Virus record (IMG/VR): IMGVR_UViG_3300019360_000002 | Location: 1 to 64,000 of that record | DNA from: a virus | Direction: 5' to 3' (one strand) | Length of the DNA stretch: 64,000 nucleotides | Shown here: positions 37,934-48,180 of the stretch, piece after piece | How the letters are laid out: each line of letters opens with the position of its first letter | How positions within the stretch are numbered: position 1 is the stretch's first letter | The notes under the pieces: generated by a model | Databases searched by the model: none | What the model was told of the DNA's origin: nothing | The model's input: the letters and a program-made list of their open reading frames with translations, nothing else | Program-made: the position numbers and the translations under genes

Positions 37934-38896
37934 ATGACCAAGAAGAAGCCCACAGCGCTGGTACCGGCCGCACCTGCCCCACTTGCGCCTCGCAATCTCT
38001 TCCGCGCGGACAAGCGCACGCCCGAGGAGAAGCTCGAAGACGCACTTGCGTCCCTGTGGCAGACCCTTGGTGAGAGCGCCGACACCGCCCGTGCGTACAA
38101 GTACGACTGGGGCGTGTGGACCAAGTGGCTCGCCGAGCACGGCGGTACACCGCTCGAAGCCCGTGCGGTCCACGTGCAGATGTTCTTAAACCACATGCGC
38201 GAGCGGGGCTTAGCCAAGTCGACGCGGGCGCGCATGCTCTCGGTGCTGAAGCAAGTGTACGCCGCCTTGGTGGTCGGCGAGGCCCTCGACATGAACCCAG
38301 CGCGCGAGGCGAAGAACCTGCGCGTGGACTCGACGCCGAAGGCGCCGTGGCTCGTCGACACCGAGCTGGCCAAGCTCCTCGCCTACCCGAACCGCTCAAC
38401 GTGGATTGACCGGCGCGACTGGCTCGTGCTCTGCGTCCTCATCGGCACGGGTTTGCGGCGCAAAAACGTCGCCACCTTGGCCGTCGAACAGCTCGTGCCC
38501 GCGCCCGGCGGCGGTATGGCCGCGAACGTCAAGGCCAAGGGCGGCAAGCAGGCGTCGATTCGCGTGCCGAGCTGGCTCGCCGAAGAGCTGCTTGCCTGGA
38601 TTGCGGACCGCAAGATCGAGTCTGGTTCGCTATTCGACATCTCGCCGGGCACAGTCTACAACATCGTCAAGCGCACAGCGGCGCGGGTGGGGGTCTCGGT
38701 CGAGCGTTCGACGCCACACGCGATGCGTAGGTCGTTCACCACCGAGACTGGTAACCGAGGCGTGTCACTTGAGTCGCGGCAGGCGGCGCTTCTTCACTCA
38801 AACCGCGCTACCACCGAGATCTACGACAAGGCCGACCGGGCATCGAGCCAGGCTCCTGGAGAGGTGCTCGCTAACCTCGTGGGGAAAAGAAAATGA
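37934..38896 (+). CDS. Tyrosine recombinase (XerC/D- or integrase-like)
   Basis: N-terminal core-binding domain; catalytic R (TGLRR), K (KAKGGK), HxxR (PHAMRR), H (LLHS), Y (TTEIYD). Confidence 0.9.
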   Translation: MTKKKPTALVPAAPAPLAPRNLFRADKRTPEEKLEDALASLWQTLGESADTARAYKYDWGVWTKWLAEHGGTPLEARAVHVQMFLNHMRERGLAKSTRARMLSVLKQVYAALVVGEALDMNPAREAKNLRVDSTPKAPWLVDTELAKLLAYPNRSTWIDRRDWLVLCVLIGTGLRRKNVATLAVEQLVPAPGGGMAANVKAKGGKQASIRVPSWLAEELLAWIADRKIESGSLFDISPGTVYNIVKRTAARVGVSVERSTPHAMRRSFTTETGNRGVSLESRQAALLHSNRATTEIYDKADRASSQAPGEVLANLVGKRK

Positions 38897-39149
38897 CTGT
38901 TGAAGAAGAGATGCGCTACTGCCTTGAAGTCGCTGCCGCCGTGTTCAACCGGTACAAGAGCAAGCTCAATCACGACAGCCGGCTGCAAAACGACCTGGAA
39001 GACGCCATCGCCAAGGCGCTTTTCAGGGAGCGCAGGCTGGCGCGCATCGAAGCCTACGGCAACGTCGTTCACGAGATACAAGGCACGCGCGCCGACTGGG
39101 ACTACGGACTAGTCGACGACCTCCAGAAGCTCATCACTGCGGAGAAACT

Positions 39150-39365
39150 GTGAGGGTCGGCGACGTGTTTGGCAGGCTCACCGTGTTGTCGCTCGGCGGC
39201 AACGACTCTCGTTTGTGCAAGTGCGCTTGCGGCCGTCTCGTCAACGCACACGCTCCGAACCTGGCAAACGGCACGCTCCGCTCCTGCGGCTGCGACAGCC
39301 GACCCAAGACCAGGCCAGTCGGCAGAAAGCAGTTCTCGTGGCAGGGCACGAAGGGGGCGAAGTGA
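39150..39365 (+). CDS. Stand-alone N-terminal domain of the HNH-family endonuclease
   Basis: GDVFGRLTV...CKCACG...L.NG..RSCGC with no nuclease domain. Confidence 0.55.
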   Translation: MRVGDVFGRLTVLSLGGNDSRLCKCACGRLVNAHAPNLANGTLRSCGCDSRPKTRPVGRKQFSWQGTKGAK

Positions 39366-39848
39366 GCAACAAGCTCACCCGCGTCGGACTCTTCGCTGGC
39401 GTCGGTGCCACGGGGGCCATCACGCCTATCTCGATGCGGTCCAAGGACCAGTGCATGCGCGAATTGGAGCACAAAGGCATCGACCTCGGCCCGTGGGAGA
39501 TGGGCGCGTGGGTAGGCTGCTTCGTTCCGCCTGACGCAGAACGGTGGCTTATCGACTCTGCTGACTACGCCTGGGTGCCCGAGGATTCATGAGCCACATC
39601 AGTCTCTTCTCTGGCGTCGGCGCCGGACTCGTGGGTGAAGCCCTTTGTGCCGCCGGACGCCGAGAGCCGTATCACATACCGTGGCCGGTCTCTATGTGCG
39701 CGCCACACAAGCCCCTCTGTCCTCTCGCAGAGGCTTTCTGGTGGACGGGCATCGCTATCGGTCTTGACCTTCGTTTGCCAGATAACGGGAAAGGCACGGC
39801 CAACGAAATTTTTGTGGCGTGTCTTGGCGCCGTACACGACATGCACTC

Positions 39849-40241
39849 ATGATCCAGCACCTCCTCCACGGTCCTCTCGGCAAGCGTACCTGTCGACGCT
39901 GCGGCTGGTCCGAGCGGCATACGCCCGAGCCCTGCCGACGCCCGCGTGTCGAGCCGGGCATGGTGTTCGGCAAGCTTGTCGTGAAGCGACTCGCGGGCGC
40001 CGAGGAATGGGGCAAGTACAAGACCGGCCGGCAGAAGGGCCAGCCCAAGATGGGCTCGAAGATCTGGGCCTGCGTCTGCTCGTGCGGCAACGCGACAACG
40101 GTCCCCACGCACCGGCTCACCACGGGCGTGACGCGCTCCTGCGGCTGCATGCGCAAGAAGTCGGCGATGGGCAAGCGAGGCACCCAGTACGACAGGAGGC
40201 AGAGGAAATGGCGACACGCGAAATCTGGAAATACCACATAA
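39849..40241 (+). CDS. Protein with the HNH-associated CxCxCG/SCGC domain and no nuclease domain
   Basis: GMVFGKLVV...WACVCSCG...LTTGVTRSCGC. Confidence 0.55.
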   Translation: MIQHLLHGPLGKRTCRRCGWSERHTPEPCRRPRVEPGMVFGKLVVKRLAGAEEWGKYKTGRQKGQPKMGSKIWACVCSCGNATTVPTHRLTTGVTRSCGCMRKKSAMGKRGTQYDRRQRKWRHAKSGNTT

Positions 40242-40507
40242 CGCTAGACGATCCGGCACGCCTTGAGCTGCCAGATGGCGCTGAGGTTCGCATTGAGATG
40301 CCGGTCGGCGCCGAGGTTTTGTGTGTTCAGACACAAAGGGGGCAACCGACTATTTGGGCCATGGTCAACCCGGAAGAAGGTCGCACAGGTTTTCACTTTC
40401 GTGTGATCGCCACCGGGCAGGCTTTTAACGCAGACCGTCTGGGTCGTTACATTGGGACCTACCAGCTTAGCAACGGGCTATTGGTGTATCACCTGTTCGA
40501 GGCGTAG
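40208..40507 (+). CDS. Conserved phage hypothetical protein
   Basis: IWKY...MPVGAEVLCVQTQ...IWAMV...TG...YIGT...LVYHLFE. Confidence 0.65.
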   Translation: MATREIWKYHITLDDPARLELPDGAEVRIEMPVGAEVLCVQTQRGQPTIWAMVNPEEGRTGFHFRVIATGQAFNADRLGRYIGTYQLSNGLLVYHLFEA

Positions 40508-41470
40508 GCTAAAGGCATGGCCAAGCCGAAACGCAGGGTGCTATCCATCCACGTCGGTGCGCAGGTAACGCTCGACTTGGTATGGCAAGACGACGTGTGC
40601 CTGGTGGTGTTTGCCGAGCGCGGTGCGCTTCAGAGACGAACCATCGCGCCACTTCATCCCGATCAAGCCATGGAGGCGGCGCGGTTTTTAGCGCAAGTCA
40701 GTCCCCTGCCAACTACCGCTCCACCCCAAGACGAAGAGGAAGAAACCAAACCATGAGTCCACGAGGCGGGCATCTTCATCAGTGGTCGGCGCCAGGCACC
40801 AAAGCCGCCAAGTTCCGTGGCGGCGGCTTCAAGCGGGTGGCCGGTAACTACCCACCTGTCAGAACGCTGGCCGACATGAGCGAAGATGAGATCCAGGCCA
40901 TCGAAAAGCGGTACAACATGCCGGTCATCCGGCCAACAAGAAGAGTCGCGTTATGAGCACCAAGAAGAAAGCGGCTCGCGACGGGTTCTCTGGAAGCGGT
41001 AGGTTTAGGTCCGAGGATCACTACTACTCGGGCACCAAACTCGATGAAGTCCTAGAGGACTTCATCGAGTTCACCGTCGATGAGCGCCAAGAGCTGGGCC
41101 GTTTCTCCGGCATTCGATCGACACGACGCGGCAACACGCGATAGACTTGCGGCTCGCAAGTGGAGGACAGCTATGGCAACCCTTGGAGAGATCAGGTGGT
41201 CGTGCGACGGCTGCAAGTACAAGATCGTCATCATCGACGCTCGCGGCCGTGAGGTGAAAAAAGTGCCCAGGACGTGCCCGTCCTGCGGTCGACCGACGAA
41301 GAAACCTGAGCCGAAATGACCGACCATCGCAAGCTACAGCTCTATGCCACAGCCACGCGCCTGTCCAACATCTATGTGGATGCCGATCATGCAGGCAACA
41401 AGGCGCTGGCGGATCGCGCGCACCGCATCAAGTGGAAGATCTGGAATCGTGTGTCTCAGTGGCCTTCTGG

Positions 41471-41512
41471 CAACAAAAAATAATTGACAAGCCTTACGAG
41501 TCTCGGTACGCT
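41471..41512 (+). promoter_or_regulatory. Sigma70-like promoter with operator half-site
   Basis: CAACAAAAAATAATTG overlapping TTGACA (41484)-17-TACGCT. Confidence 0.65.
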
Positions 41513-41534
41513 CCTTTCACACTTGGAGGACCCC

Positions 41535-41855
41535 ATGCAACTGAACGTGGACGATCAGAAGGTCATCGCCTTCCGCGAGCTGGAGAAGCGTGTCGCCGAC
41601 ATCGAGACGCGCAAGCAAGTGGCCGAGAAGAAGCAGCGCGAGGCGCACGAGACCTACCAGAACGCCAAGGCGGGCGCCGTGCGCGGCATGAACTCGTGGG
41701 ACGCGCTCGGGCCGCTGCACGTGGCCGCCATGCAGGCGACCTACGAGATGGAGAAGCTCCAGGCCGAGGCGTCGACGGCGGCCACCGAGCTGCAAGCCGC
41801 CAAGCCGGTCATGGTCGAGGAAGTCCTCCGCGCCGCGCGCATCACGGTCAAGTAG
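41535..41855 (+). CDS. Coiled-coil hypothetical protein
   Basis: GGAGG RBS, strong codon bias. Confidence 0.65.
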   Translation: MQLNVDDQKVIAFRELEKRVADIETRKQVAEKKQREAHETYQNAKAGAVRGMNSWDALGPLHVAAMQATYEMEKLQAEASTAATELQAAKPVMVEEVLRAARITVK

Positions 41856-42367
41856 CCGTGGCCGAGTTCCCTCTCCAGCCCAAGTCGCCGCTCGAACAAG
41901 AACTCCAGAAGCTTCTCACCTCACTCCGACGCGACTGCGACCTCGACATGGGCCACGAGGTCTCGCGCTATCTGGCAAGCGACACCTGGCGGTCCCCGTT
42001 CAAGGACACGCGCGAGTTCCTGGACCGCCTGTACGTAGCACACACCACCGCTGCTGCCACCATCGACGCCTACTTGGTGAAGCACGCGCTCAGGGAACCG
42101 GACGAACCGGCGAAGGAGCCGACCGATGGCTGATCCAATCTACCAAGCGTGCTGCGTGTGCGGCGAGCAAACCAAGCACAGCTACGACTACCGGCCGCTC
42201 TGTCGCGACGCACGCTGCCGCGAGATCGCACTCGGCAAGGAGCGAGCTGCCGCCGACACGCACAGGTACCTCACCGAGCCGGCGCCTGTCGAACCTGCGA
42301 CACCGCGCATCCCGTGGACGGGCGCGAACCGAGACCCGATCACTGGCGCACCAGGGAGGGGAAAGCA

Positions 42368-42943
42368 ATGAACGCGACCCAGCGGAAGCAAGCCCGCAAG
42401 CAGAAGCGCCTCATCAATCTCGGTCGCGATGCGGCCGTCCACATCGCGGCGGCCGAGGCCGGCGCACAGCACGCCCTCGATCTGCTCGCGAACCGGGACG
42501 CGGTGCTGTCCGCGACCCTGGGCAAGGCCAAGACCCTCGAAGAAGCGGTCATGCTCGCGCGCGTGGAGGCGACCAAGGTCCAGGCCGCTCGCGACGAGGA
42601 AACCCGGCAGCACCGAGTGGAGCTGGCGGCCCTGGAGGACGCGCACAAGCTCACCATGGCCACCACGGTGTTCGAGATGGAACAAAAGCACGAGCGCAAG
42701 AGGTTCGAGATAAACGGGCACTGGATCGCGGACCAATGCCAATACGAAACAACAATCCAAAACCTCCGGCTGAGAATGGACGAGCTGGAGGAAAAAGCCG
42801 AAGAGCCGGCCAAGCTGCGCAGGCGCCTGGCCGAGAAGCAGAAGCACATCGAAGAGCTTCAGACCGAGGTCTCGCAGCTCAAGTTGCGAGTCGCACCCGA
42901 GTCCGTACACGTGCCCTTCATCAACAGGAGGAAGGCCCAATGA
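42368..42943 (+). CDS. Coiled-coil hypothetical protein
   Basis: GGAGGG RBS; heptad-rich. Confidence 0.6.
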   Translation: MNATQRKQARKQKRLINLGRDAAVHIAAAEAGAQHALDLLANRDAVLSATLGKAKTLEEAVMLARVEATKVQAARDEETRQHRVELAALEDAHKLTMATTVFEMEQKHERKRFEINGHWIADQCQYETTIQNLRLRMDELEEKAEEPAKLRRRLAEKQKHIEELQTEVSQLKLRVAPESVHVPFINRRKAQ

Positions 42944-43215
42944 ATTTCGGACAAGCGATCGAAGAGGCCAAGGCGGGCAAGCGGATCCAACGCGCTGGCT
43001 GGAACGGCAAAAACATGTGGGTGGCGCTGGTGCCAGGAGCAGACCTCCGAAAACACCAGTGGGTGTACGAGCACTGCGACGGCTTCAACAGCCCGAGTCC
43101 CGACACCAAGGTGTTGCCGTTCTTCGTGATGTACACGGCCCAGGGCGCGATCCTGCCGGGCTGGTTGGCGTCGCAGACCGACATGACCGCGGAGGATTGG
43201 GAGGTGGTGCTGTGA
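42940..43215 (+). CDS. DUF2829 / Tad2-like anti-defence sponge protein
   Basis: MNFGQAIE..K.GKRI.R.GWNGKNM.....W.ASQTDM.AEDW. Confidence 0.8.
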   Translation: MNFGQAIEEAKAGKRIQRAGWNGKNMWVALVPGADLRKHQWVYEHCDGFNSPSPDTKVLPFFVMYTAQGAILPGWLASQTDMTAEDWEVVL

Positions 43216-43901
43216 ACAAGAACGACGAGAAGCGGGTGCGCGAGATCGTGCGCGACATCATCACGGAGGAGCTGCCGGAGGCGATCGAGAAGGCACTCAA
43301 GGCGTTCAAGAAGGAACAGGCTACCGCGCTCGCGCGAAGGCCGGCGCCACCATCCGAGAGCGGCTTCACCGACTCCCCGCCCAGGCCGAAGACCCTGCCC
43401 ATCGACGACATGGTGGACGCGCTCGAAGAGCAGGCGTTCGCCCCCGTCGCCCAGGAGTACCATAAGCGGCGCGAGGTGGGCATGTCCAAGGCGCTGGCGG
43501 AGGTCATGGCCAAGCTGGAGCAGGGCATGGACCTCACGCCGATGGGCTTCGGCATGCCGGCCCACAGCTACTTCGGTAGGGACGAGCGCGAGGTGTCACC
43601 GACCGGCATGGGCGCCACGAACATCGTCGTGGGCGGCGTGGCGGGCTTCCGCGAGCACTTCATCCAGCTCGTCAGGGACGGCGCCAACGACCTCCACGCG
43701 GCCTACGAGGCGACGTGCCAGAAGTTCGGCGTGCCGTCACTCAAGAAGGCGGGGCTGTATGTAGGTGTGTTCGCCGAGCTGCCCGACACGGCAGGAGGCG
43801 GGTTCGCGCTGGGTCGTGGTCAAGCGGAAGAGAGAGTGGGCGGAAACAGGCAGCTCGGTCCGTTCGATGACGAGCCGACCGAAGATGAGGACGATCTCTA
43901 G
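43212..43901 (+). CDS. Hypothetical protein
   Basis: GTGA-coupled start, 229 aa. Confidence 0.6.
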   Translation: MNKNDEKRVREIVRDIITEELPEAIEKALKAFKKEQATALARRPAPPSESGFTDSPPRPKTLPIDDMVDALEEQAFAPVAQEYHKRREVGMSKALAEVMAKLEQGMDLTPMGFGMPAHSYFGRDEREVSPTGMGATNIVVGGVAGFREHFIQLVRDGANDLHAAYEATCQKFGVPSLKKAGLYVGVFAELPDTAGGGFALGRGQAEERVGGNRQLGPFDDEPTEDEDDL

Positions 43902-44626
43902 TTCGTGAACACCCCGTCGTATAGCCCACGCAGACTCTCGTTCTCCTCCAAGATCTCACGCACCTCTTCCACGTCGTCCGAGAGCGGCTCGCTGGCGTCC
44001 TCGGGCGACACCTCGTCCGAGACCTGCGATGACTCCGACCGCACCTCGTTCGCCTCGTCGCGGTCCTCGCGCTCTTCATCCATGGCGCGCTCGGACTCCA
44101 GCTCGCCGGGGCTCACGTAGCGGATGCCATTCGACACGCCGCGCCTGCGGCCGTTCTTGCCGTTCCGATAGCCGCTCAGGCCCGTCTTTCCGCCGGCCAC
44201 GCTCGGCGCAGTCATCACAGGCTGGCCGTCGATGAGGCCGACGAGACCAGGCAGGTAGGTCTGGAGGAGCGATTGAAAAAGCGCAATGGCGGAGCCGATG
44301 AGGATGGGCTCCTGGTACTTGCGAGCCTTCTCCCACTTGTTGGCGGCGTACCAGAGGCCGATGAGGGTCGCCAGGCTGCCGAGGGGGCCGAAGTGCCGGG
44401 CGAACCGACCACCGGCAAGGCGCTGGCCGAGGAGCACCCGGCCGAACTTGCCGCCCAGGCGGGTGACGGCGTAGCCGCCGATGCCGGGGCCGACCATCAT
44501 CGCCATGCCCGTGGCCATGTCCATGGCCTGGGACGCCGGGTTCTTGCGATGCGCAACCGGCTGTCTGCGCGCGTTACGGAACGACGCCAGCTTGCTTCGC
44601 GAGGCCGCAGACTTTTTCTTGGACAT
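43898..44626 (-). CDS. Membrane protein paralogous to the core protein at 12477
   Basis: Basic N-terminus with RKNP, a similar hydrophobic block (RHFGPLG...I.IG....L...L.TYLP) and acidic tail ending LYDGVF. Confidence 0.65.
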   Translation of the reverse strand: MSKKKSAASRSKLASFRNARRQPVAHRKNPASQAMDMATGMAMMVGPGIGGYAVTRLGGKFGRVLLGQRLAGGRFARHFGPLGSLATLIGLWYAANKWEKARKYQEPILIGSAIALFQSLLQTYLPGLVGLIDGQPVMTAPSVAGGKTGLSGYRNGKNGRRRGVSNGIRYVSPGELESERAMDEEREDRDEANEVRSESSQVSDEVSPEDASEPLSDDVEEVREILEENESLRGLYDGVFTN

Positions 44627-44933
44627 AAGCGGTTCTCCCCATCGTGGCCCCAGCGCCCGGAGAGACGCACGGGGGATACGGGCTGAGTCTACGCGGGGTT
44701 GGGGTCGGAGGTCAACCGCCTTGGCGGTGTCCATTACTTGCGACTGGCAAGGCTCTTGGCAAACAGGTCTTGGCACACAACACAGGCGGCCAAGACATCC
44801 CCAAAATTAGCGTGGGAGCAGTGATCGCAGAGCCACTTGGAGATGATCTTGTAGCCGTCGCCGTAGATGTGATGCTCGGTGGCTTGGCGATCAAAACATC
44901 GCTGGCACCTGCGATAGCCCATCCGTGCGGGTG

Positions 44934-45687
44934 CTAGTTCTCCAGGTGGCGGAGGTAGCTCTCGTAGCCGGGGACCTGGAGAAGCACGTGCAGGGCCAGC
45001 ATCTCCTCAGCCGCCGGCACGGTGTAGTCGTGCACGCAGAGCGGGATGCCCTCGTCGAGGTCGAAGAGGCTCCGGTGGTACTCGGCGAGCGAGTCCTTGG
45101 CGTGGCGGCTGGTCACAGCGGTGGCCGGTCGACGCGCCCTGGGTCACGAAGCGGTTGTGCCGGCGGAAGTCCTCCATCTGCTCGGGGCTCAGGAACGCCT
45201 CCAGGACGCCGCGCGCCTTGATCTCCGCCTTCACGAAGTCGGGCGCGGGGCAACCGCGCGTGGGAGCGGCGACGGCCGTGGCGCCGGTTATCGCCTTGGC
45301 GGGGGCGTCCTTGATGCCATCCGGCTCCGGCGGCTCCTTGGCCTCGCGGACCTCCTCCATCGACCCGTCGGTGAAGCGGACGGCGGTCACGACGGTGCGG
45401 CCAGGCTTGAGCAGCTTCACCAGGCTCTTCTGGAGCTTGATGAGTGGCACGCTCAGGACGTGCTCGCCAGCCTCCATCACGAACGCCTTCTCGCCCTTGG
45501 TGCGCGCCGCGTCGAACCAGCCCTTCTTCAAGGCCATCTCCGACAGCTTGGCCAGGGCAATCTTCTCGCTCGCGGACAGCTTCTCGGCGATGAGCACGGT
45601 CTTGTCGTCGTCGTGCTTGTGCGGCTCCAGCCGGATGTCGCCGTAGAACGAGGGCACGTACAGAACAGGAATTCTCAGCATGGTCAT
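44934..45687 (-). pseudogene. Frameshifted hypothetical gene
   Basis: ...ASTGHR continues in another frame as VTSRHAKDSLAE...RHLEN; shift near 45117. Confidence 0.5.
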
Positions 45688-46355
45688 CCTCCGCTTCCGA
45701 TAGTAGCAGGTTCCGTTAAAAGCGGCGGCGAATCCGGCGCCTTCTCTTCCGATGGCGGGTCGAGGTAGTCGTCGACAGACACGCGCGGGACGAAGACGCT
45801 CGTCTGGCCCACGGGCGCGGTGATCGCCTGGGCGGCCAGCTCCTTGATGCGCGGCGTGAGCTTCTCGGACTCCTCGACGAGGCCCGCGTGCTTGAGCTGG
45901 CGGCGCATGTGTATCAGCTCGTCGAGCTGGGCGGCGACGCTCGGCGGCGGAGGCGTCTTCTCCGTGGTCTTCTGAAGCATCATCATCGACTCACGAAGGA
46001 TCTGCGCCATGTCGCCCATGCCGCCTTGGAGAACGCCACCGAGGTTGACGGGTTGGCCGATGTCATCCTCGTCGAGCGCCATCTCCTCGTTGTTGGGGTA
46101 GCCGTTCATGTAGGCGCCGCCGATGAGCGGCCTGAAACCATCGCCGTCGGGCTCGGGCTTGGCGAAGTCCCCCACCCGAGTCGCATACCGCTGCCGGATG
46201 GACTTGGTGATGCGCGCGAGCGACTCGATGCGCCCGTAGCGGGCCACGTCCGACGACGCCAGCTCCACGGCCATGAGCTTGTCGAGGGCGGTGACGACCT
46301 CTTGACCGGCGTCGGTGACTTCCTTGGTGATCATCTGTCCGGGTCTCGGCCTCAT
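45684..46355 (-). CDS. Hypothetical protein
   Basis: 223 aa, coupled to both neighbours. Confidence 0.6.
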   Translation of the reverse strand: MRPRPGQMITKEVTDAGQEVVTALDKLMAVELASSDVARYGRIESLARITKSIRQRYATRVGDFAKPEPDGDGFRPLIGGAYMNGYPNNEEMALDEDDIGQPVNLGGVLQGGMGDMAQILRESMMMLQKTTEKTPPPPSVAAQLDELIHMRRQLKHAGLVEESEKLTPRIKELAAQAITAPVGQTSVFVPRVSVDDYLDPPSEEKAPDSPPLLTEPATIGSGG

Positions 46356-46999
46356 GGCTTACCTTTCAGCTTGCGAACCGCAAGCGGTGTCGAATCGAGG
46401 ATGGTGAGCGTGCCGACGCTACGCGGCTCGTCCGTCCGCCACACCATCCAAGCATACGCGCAGTTGTCGGTCCTGCCGTTTACGAACTGCGGCCGGTTGG
46501 GCAGGACGAAGATGTCGGGGGTGTGCGCCTTGACCCACTCCACGCGCTCATCGCTCTCCAGAAACCCGACGCGCAGGAGCATGATGACGAACCTCGCCAT
46601 CTGAAAGCTCCGCTCGATCACCTCCATCGCGATGCTGTACGGCGGGTTCGAGATGATCACGTCCCACCTGTCACGAGACATGCCGGGGTCGAAGGCGCCG
46701 CTAGTCACCTCCAGGAAGTCACCAATCACGATCTCTGACGGGTCTACGACCTCGGTGAGCGCGGGCAGGGCAAGCACGCGTAGCTCGATGGCCGACCACT
46801 CGGGCGCGTCGCAGTCGTTGTCGAGGCACGTGTCGTTGATGGTCTGGATGATGGCGCCGTCGCCAGCGCACGGCTCTAGCCACTTGCCGCCGAGGGGGAT
46901 GTCGGCGGGAAGCTTTTCGAGAAAACGCACCACGGGCCAGGACGGCGTGGGGTAGTTGTCGTCCTTCTCGCGCTCTCCGCCTCGGTTAGTGGCGCTCAC
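46352..46999 (-). CDS. DNA amino-methyltransferase (N6A-type)
   Basis: DNYPTP, LEPCAGDG (SAM-binding), NPPY (catalytic). Confidence 0.85.
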   Translation of the reverse strand: MSATNRGGEREKDDNYPTPSWPVVRFLEKLPADIPLGGKWLEPCAGDGAIIQTINDTCLDNDCDAPEWSAIELRVLALPALTEVVDPSEIVIGDFLEVTSGAFDPGMSRDRWDVIISNPPYSIAMEVIERSFQMARFVIMLLRVGFLESDERVEWVKAHTPDIFVLPNRPQFVNGRTDNCAYAWMVWRTDEPRSVGTLTILDSTPLAVRKLKGKP

Positions 47000-47229
47000 G
47001 CGGATCTCCAATTGGAGATGTCCTTCATGGCGAACGTACACGTTGTCTTCTCGTCAACGTCGAAGGCTAGAAGCAACCACTGCTCTTCGGAATAATGCAC
47101 AGACGTGCCGAAGCCGAGTGTCCCTGGAACCACGTGCCGCTCGGACACCTCTCCCTTCCAGTTCTTGTACGTGAATCGGACGTGTGTTCCTTCCACCTTC
47201 GTCAGGTCCCCTCCAACCAAACGCGGCAT
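46996..47229 (-). CDS. Stand-alone WYL-like domain protein
   Basis: VRFTYKNWKGEVSERHVVP...QWLLLAFD......FAMKDI. Confidence 0.7.
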   Translation of the reverse strand: MPRLVGGDLTKVEGTHVRFTYKNWKGEVSERHVVPGTLGFGTSVHYSEEQWLLLAFDVDEKTTCTFAMKDISNWRSA

Positions 47230-47231
47230 GT

Positions 47232-48140
47232 TTACCCCTTGGCCAGGAGCTTCTTGATCTTGGCCACGAACTCCTCCCCCTCGCGCTTGGTCGGCCAGTC
47301 GACCATGAACGGGGTCACAGACGGATCGCCGATCAGCACGCGCAGCGCCTCCAGCTCGACGGCCGAGAACGTCATGGCGTTGAGCTTGAAGTCCTCGAAC
47401 GCTTCCCAGGCGAGGGGACAGCGCGCCTTGACGAATGAAGCCATCGCCTCGGCGAACACGCGAATCTCGTACTGCGCGTGCTTGTCGAGGCGCAGCCCGA
47501 GGAAGTGGAGCAGGTTGTGGAGGTCGATCTTCCAGTACCAGCGGGTATACGCCGAGAGCGGCAGGTTGATGCGCGCCAGCTCACGCGCGAGGCCGCCGCC
47601 CTGGGAGAGTTCGTAGGTGTCGTTCGGGTGCAGGGCACGCTCGGTCTCCTGCTCATCCGGCTGCGTCTTCGGGACCTGTTGGCCGAGGTATTCGTGGTAG
47701 TGAAGGAACGCCGTCTTGGCATCATCGAGCATGGCCTCGGCGATCTTAATCGCGATCGCTTGCGGGATTGGCTCGGCGCTCCCTTGCTTGTTGGTCTTCG
47801 ATTGGAAGCCCATCTCCTTCGGCAACGGCGTGTAGAAGATGTCCGGCAACATCGAGTACCGAGCACTCACCTCGTTCACGCTCGCGGTGCGGTGCCTGAT
47901 CCACTGCCGAGCCACGAAGATTGGCATCTGGCAGTGGAACTTGAACTCACACATTTCGAACGGGGTTGTGTGCCGGTTCCGGTAGAGGTACCGGATGAGC
48001 GCCCGATCCTTGGCCTCGTCCGGCTCTTGCTTGTCCCGCTGGTAGCTCACGCGCGCCGCCTGGAGGATGGCCTGGTCGTCGCCCATCACATCGACGAGTT
48101 CGACAAAGCCGTGGTCCAGACACTTGATCGGGTCGCTCAT
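47232..48140 (-). CDS. thyX: FAD-dependent thymidylate synthase
   Basis: AARVSY, HTTPFE, RQWIRHRTASVNEVSARY, ELARINLP, LRLDKHAQYEIR. Confidence 0.95.
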   Translation of the reverse strand: MSDPIKCLDHGFVELVDVMGDDQAILQAARVSYQRDKQEPDEAKDRALIRYLYRNRHTTPFEMCEFKFHCQMPIFVARQWIRHRTASVNEVSARYSMLPDIFYTPLPKEMGFQSKTNKQGSAEPIPQAIAIKIAEAMLDDAKTAFLHYHEYLGQQVPKTQPDEQETERALHPNDTYELSQGGGLARELARINLPLSAYTRWYWKIDLHNLLHFLGLRLDKHAQYEIRVFAEAMASFVKARCPLAWEAFEDFKLNAMTFSAVELEALRVLIGDPSVTPFMVDWPTKREGEEFVAKIKKLLAKG

Positions 48141-48180
48141 CGAAGCGCCTTACTGATTTCGTAGCCTGAGTCGTCACTCA

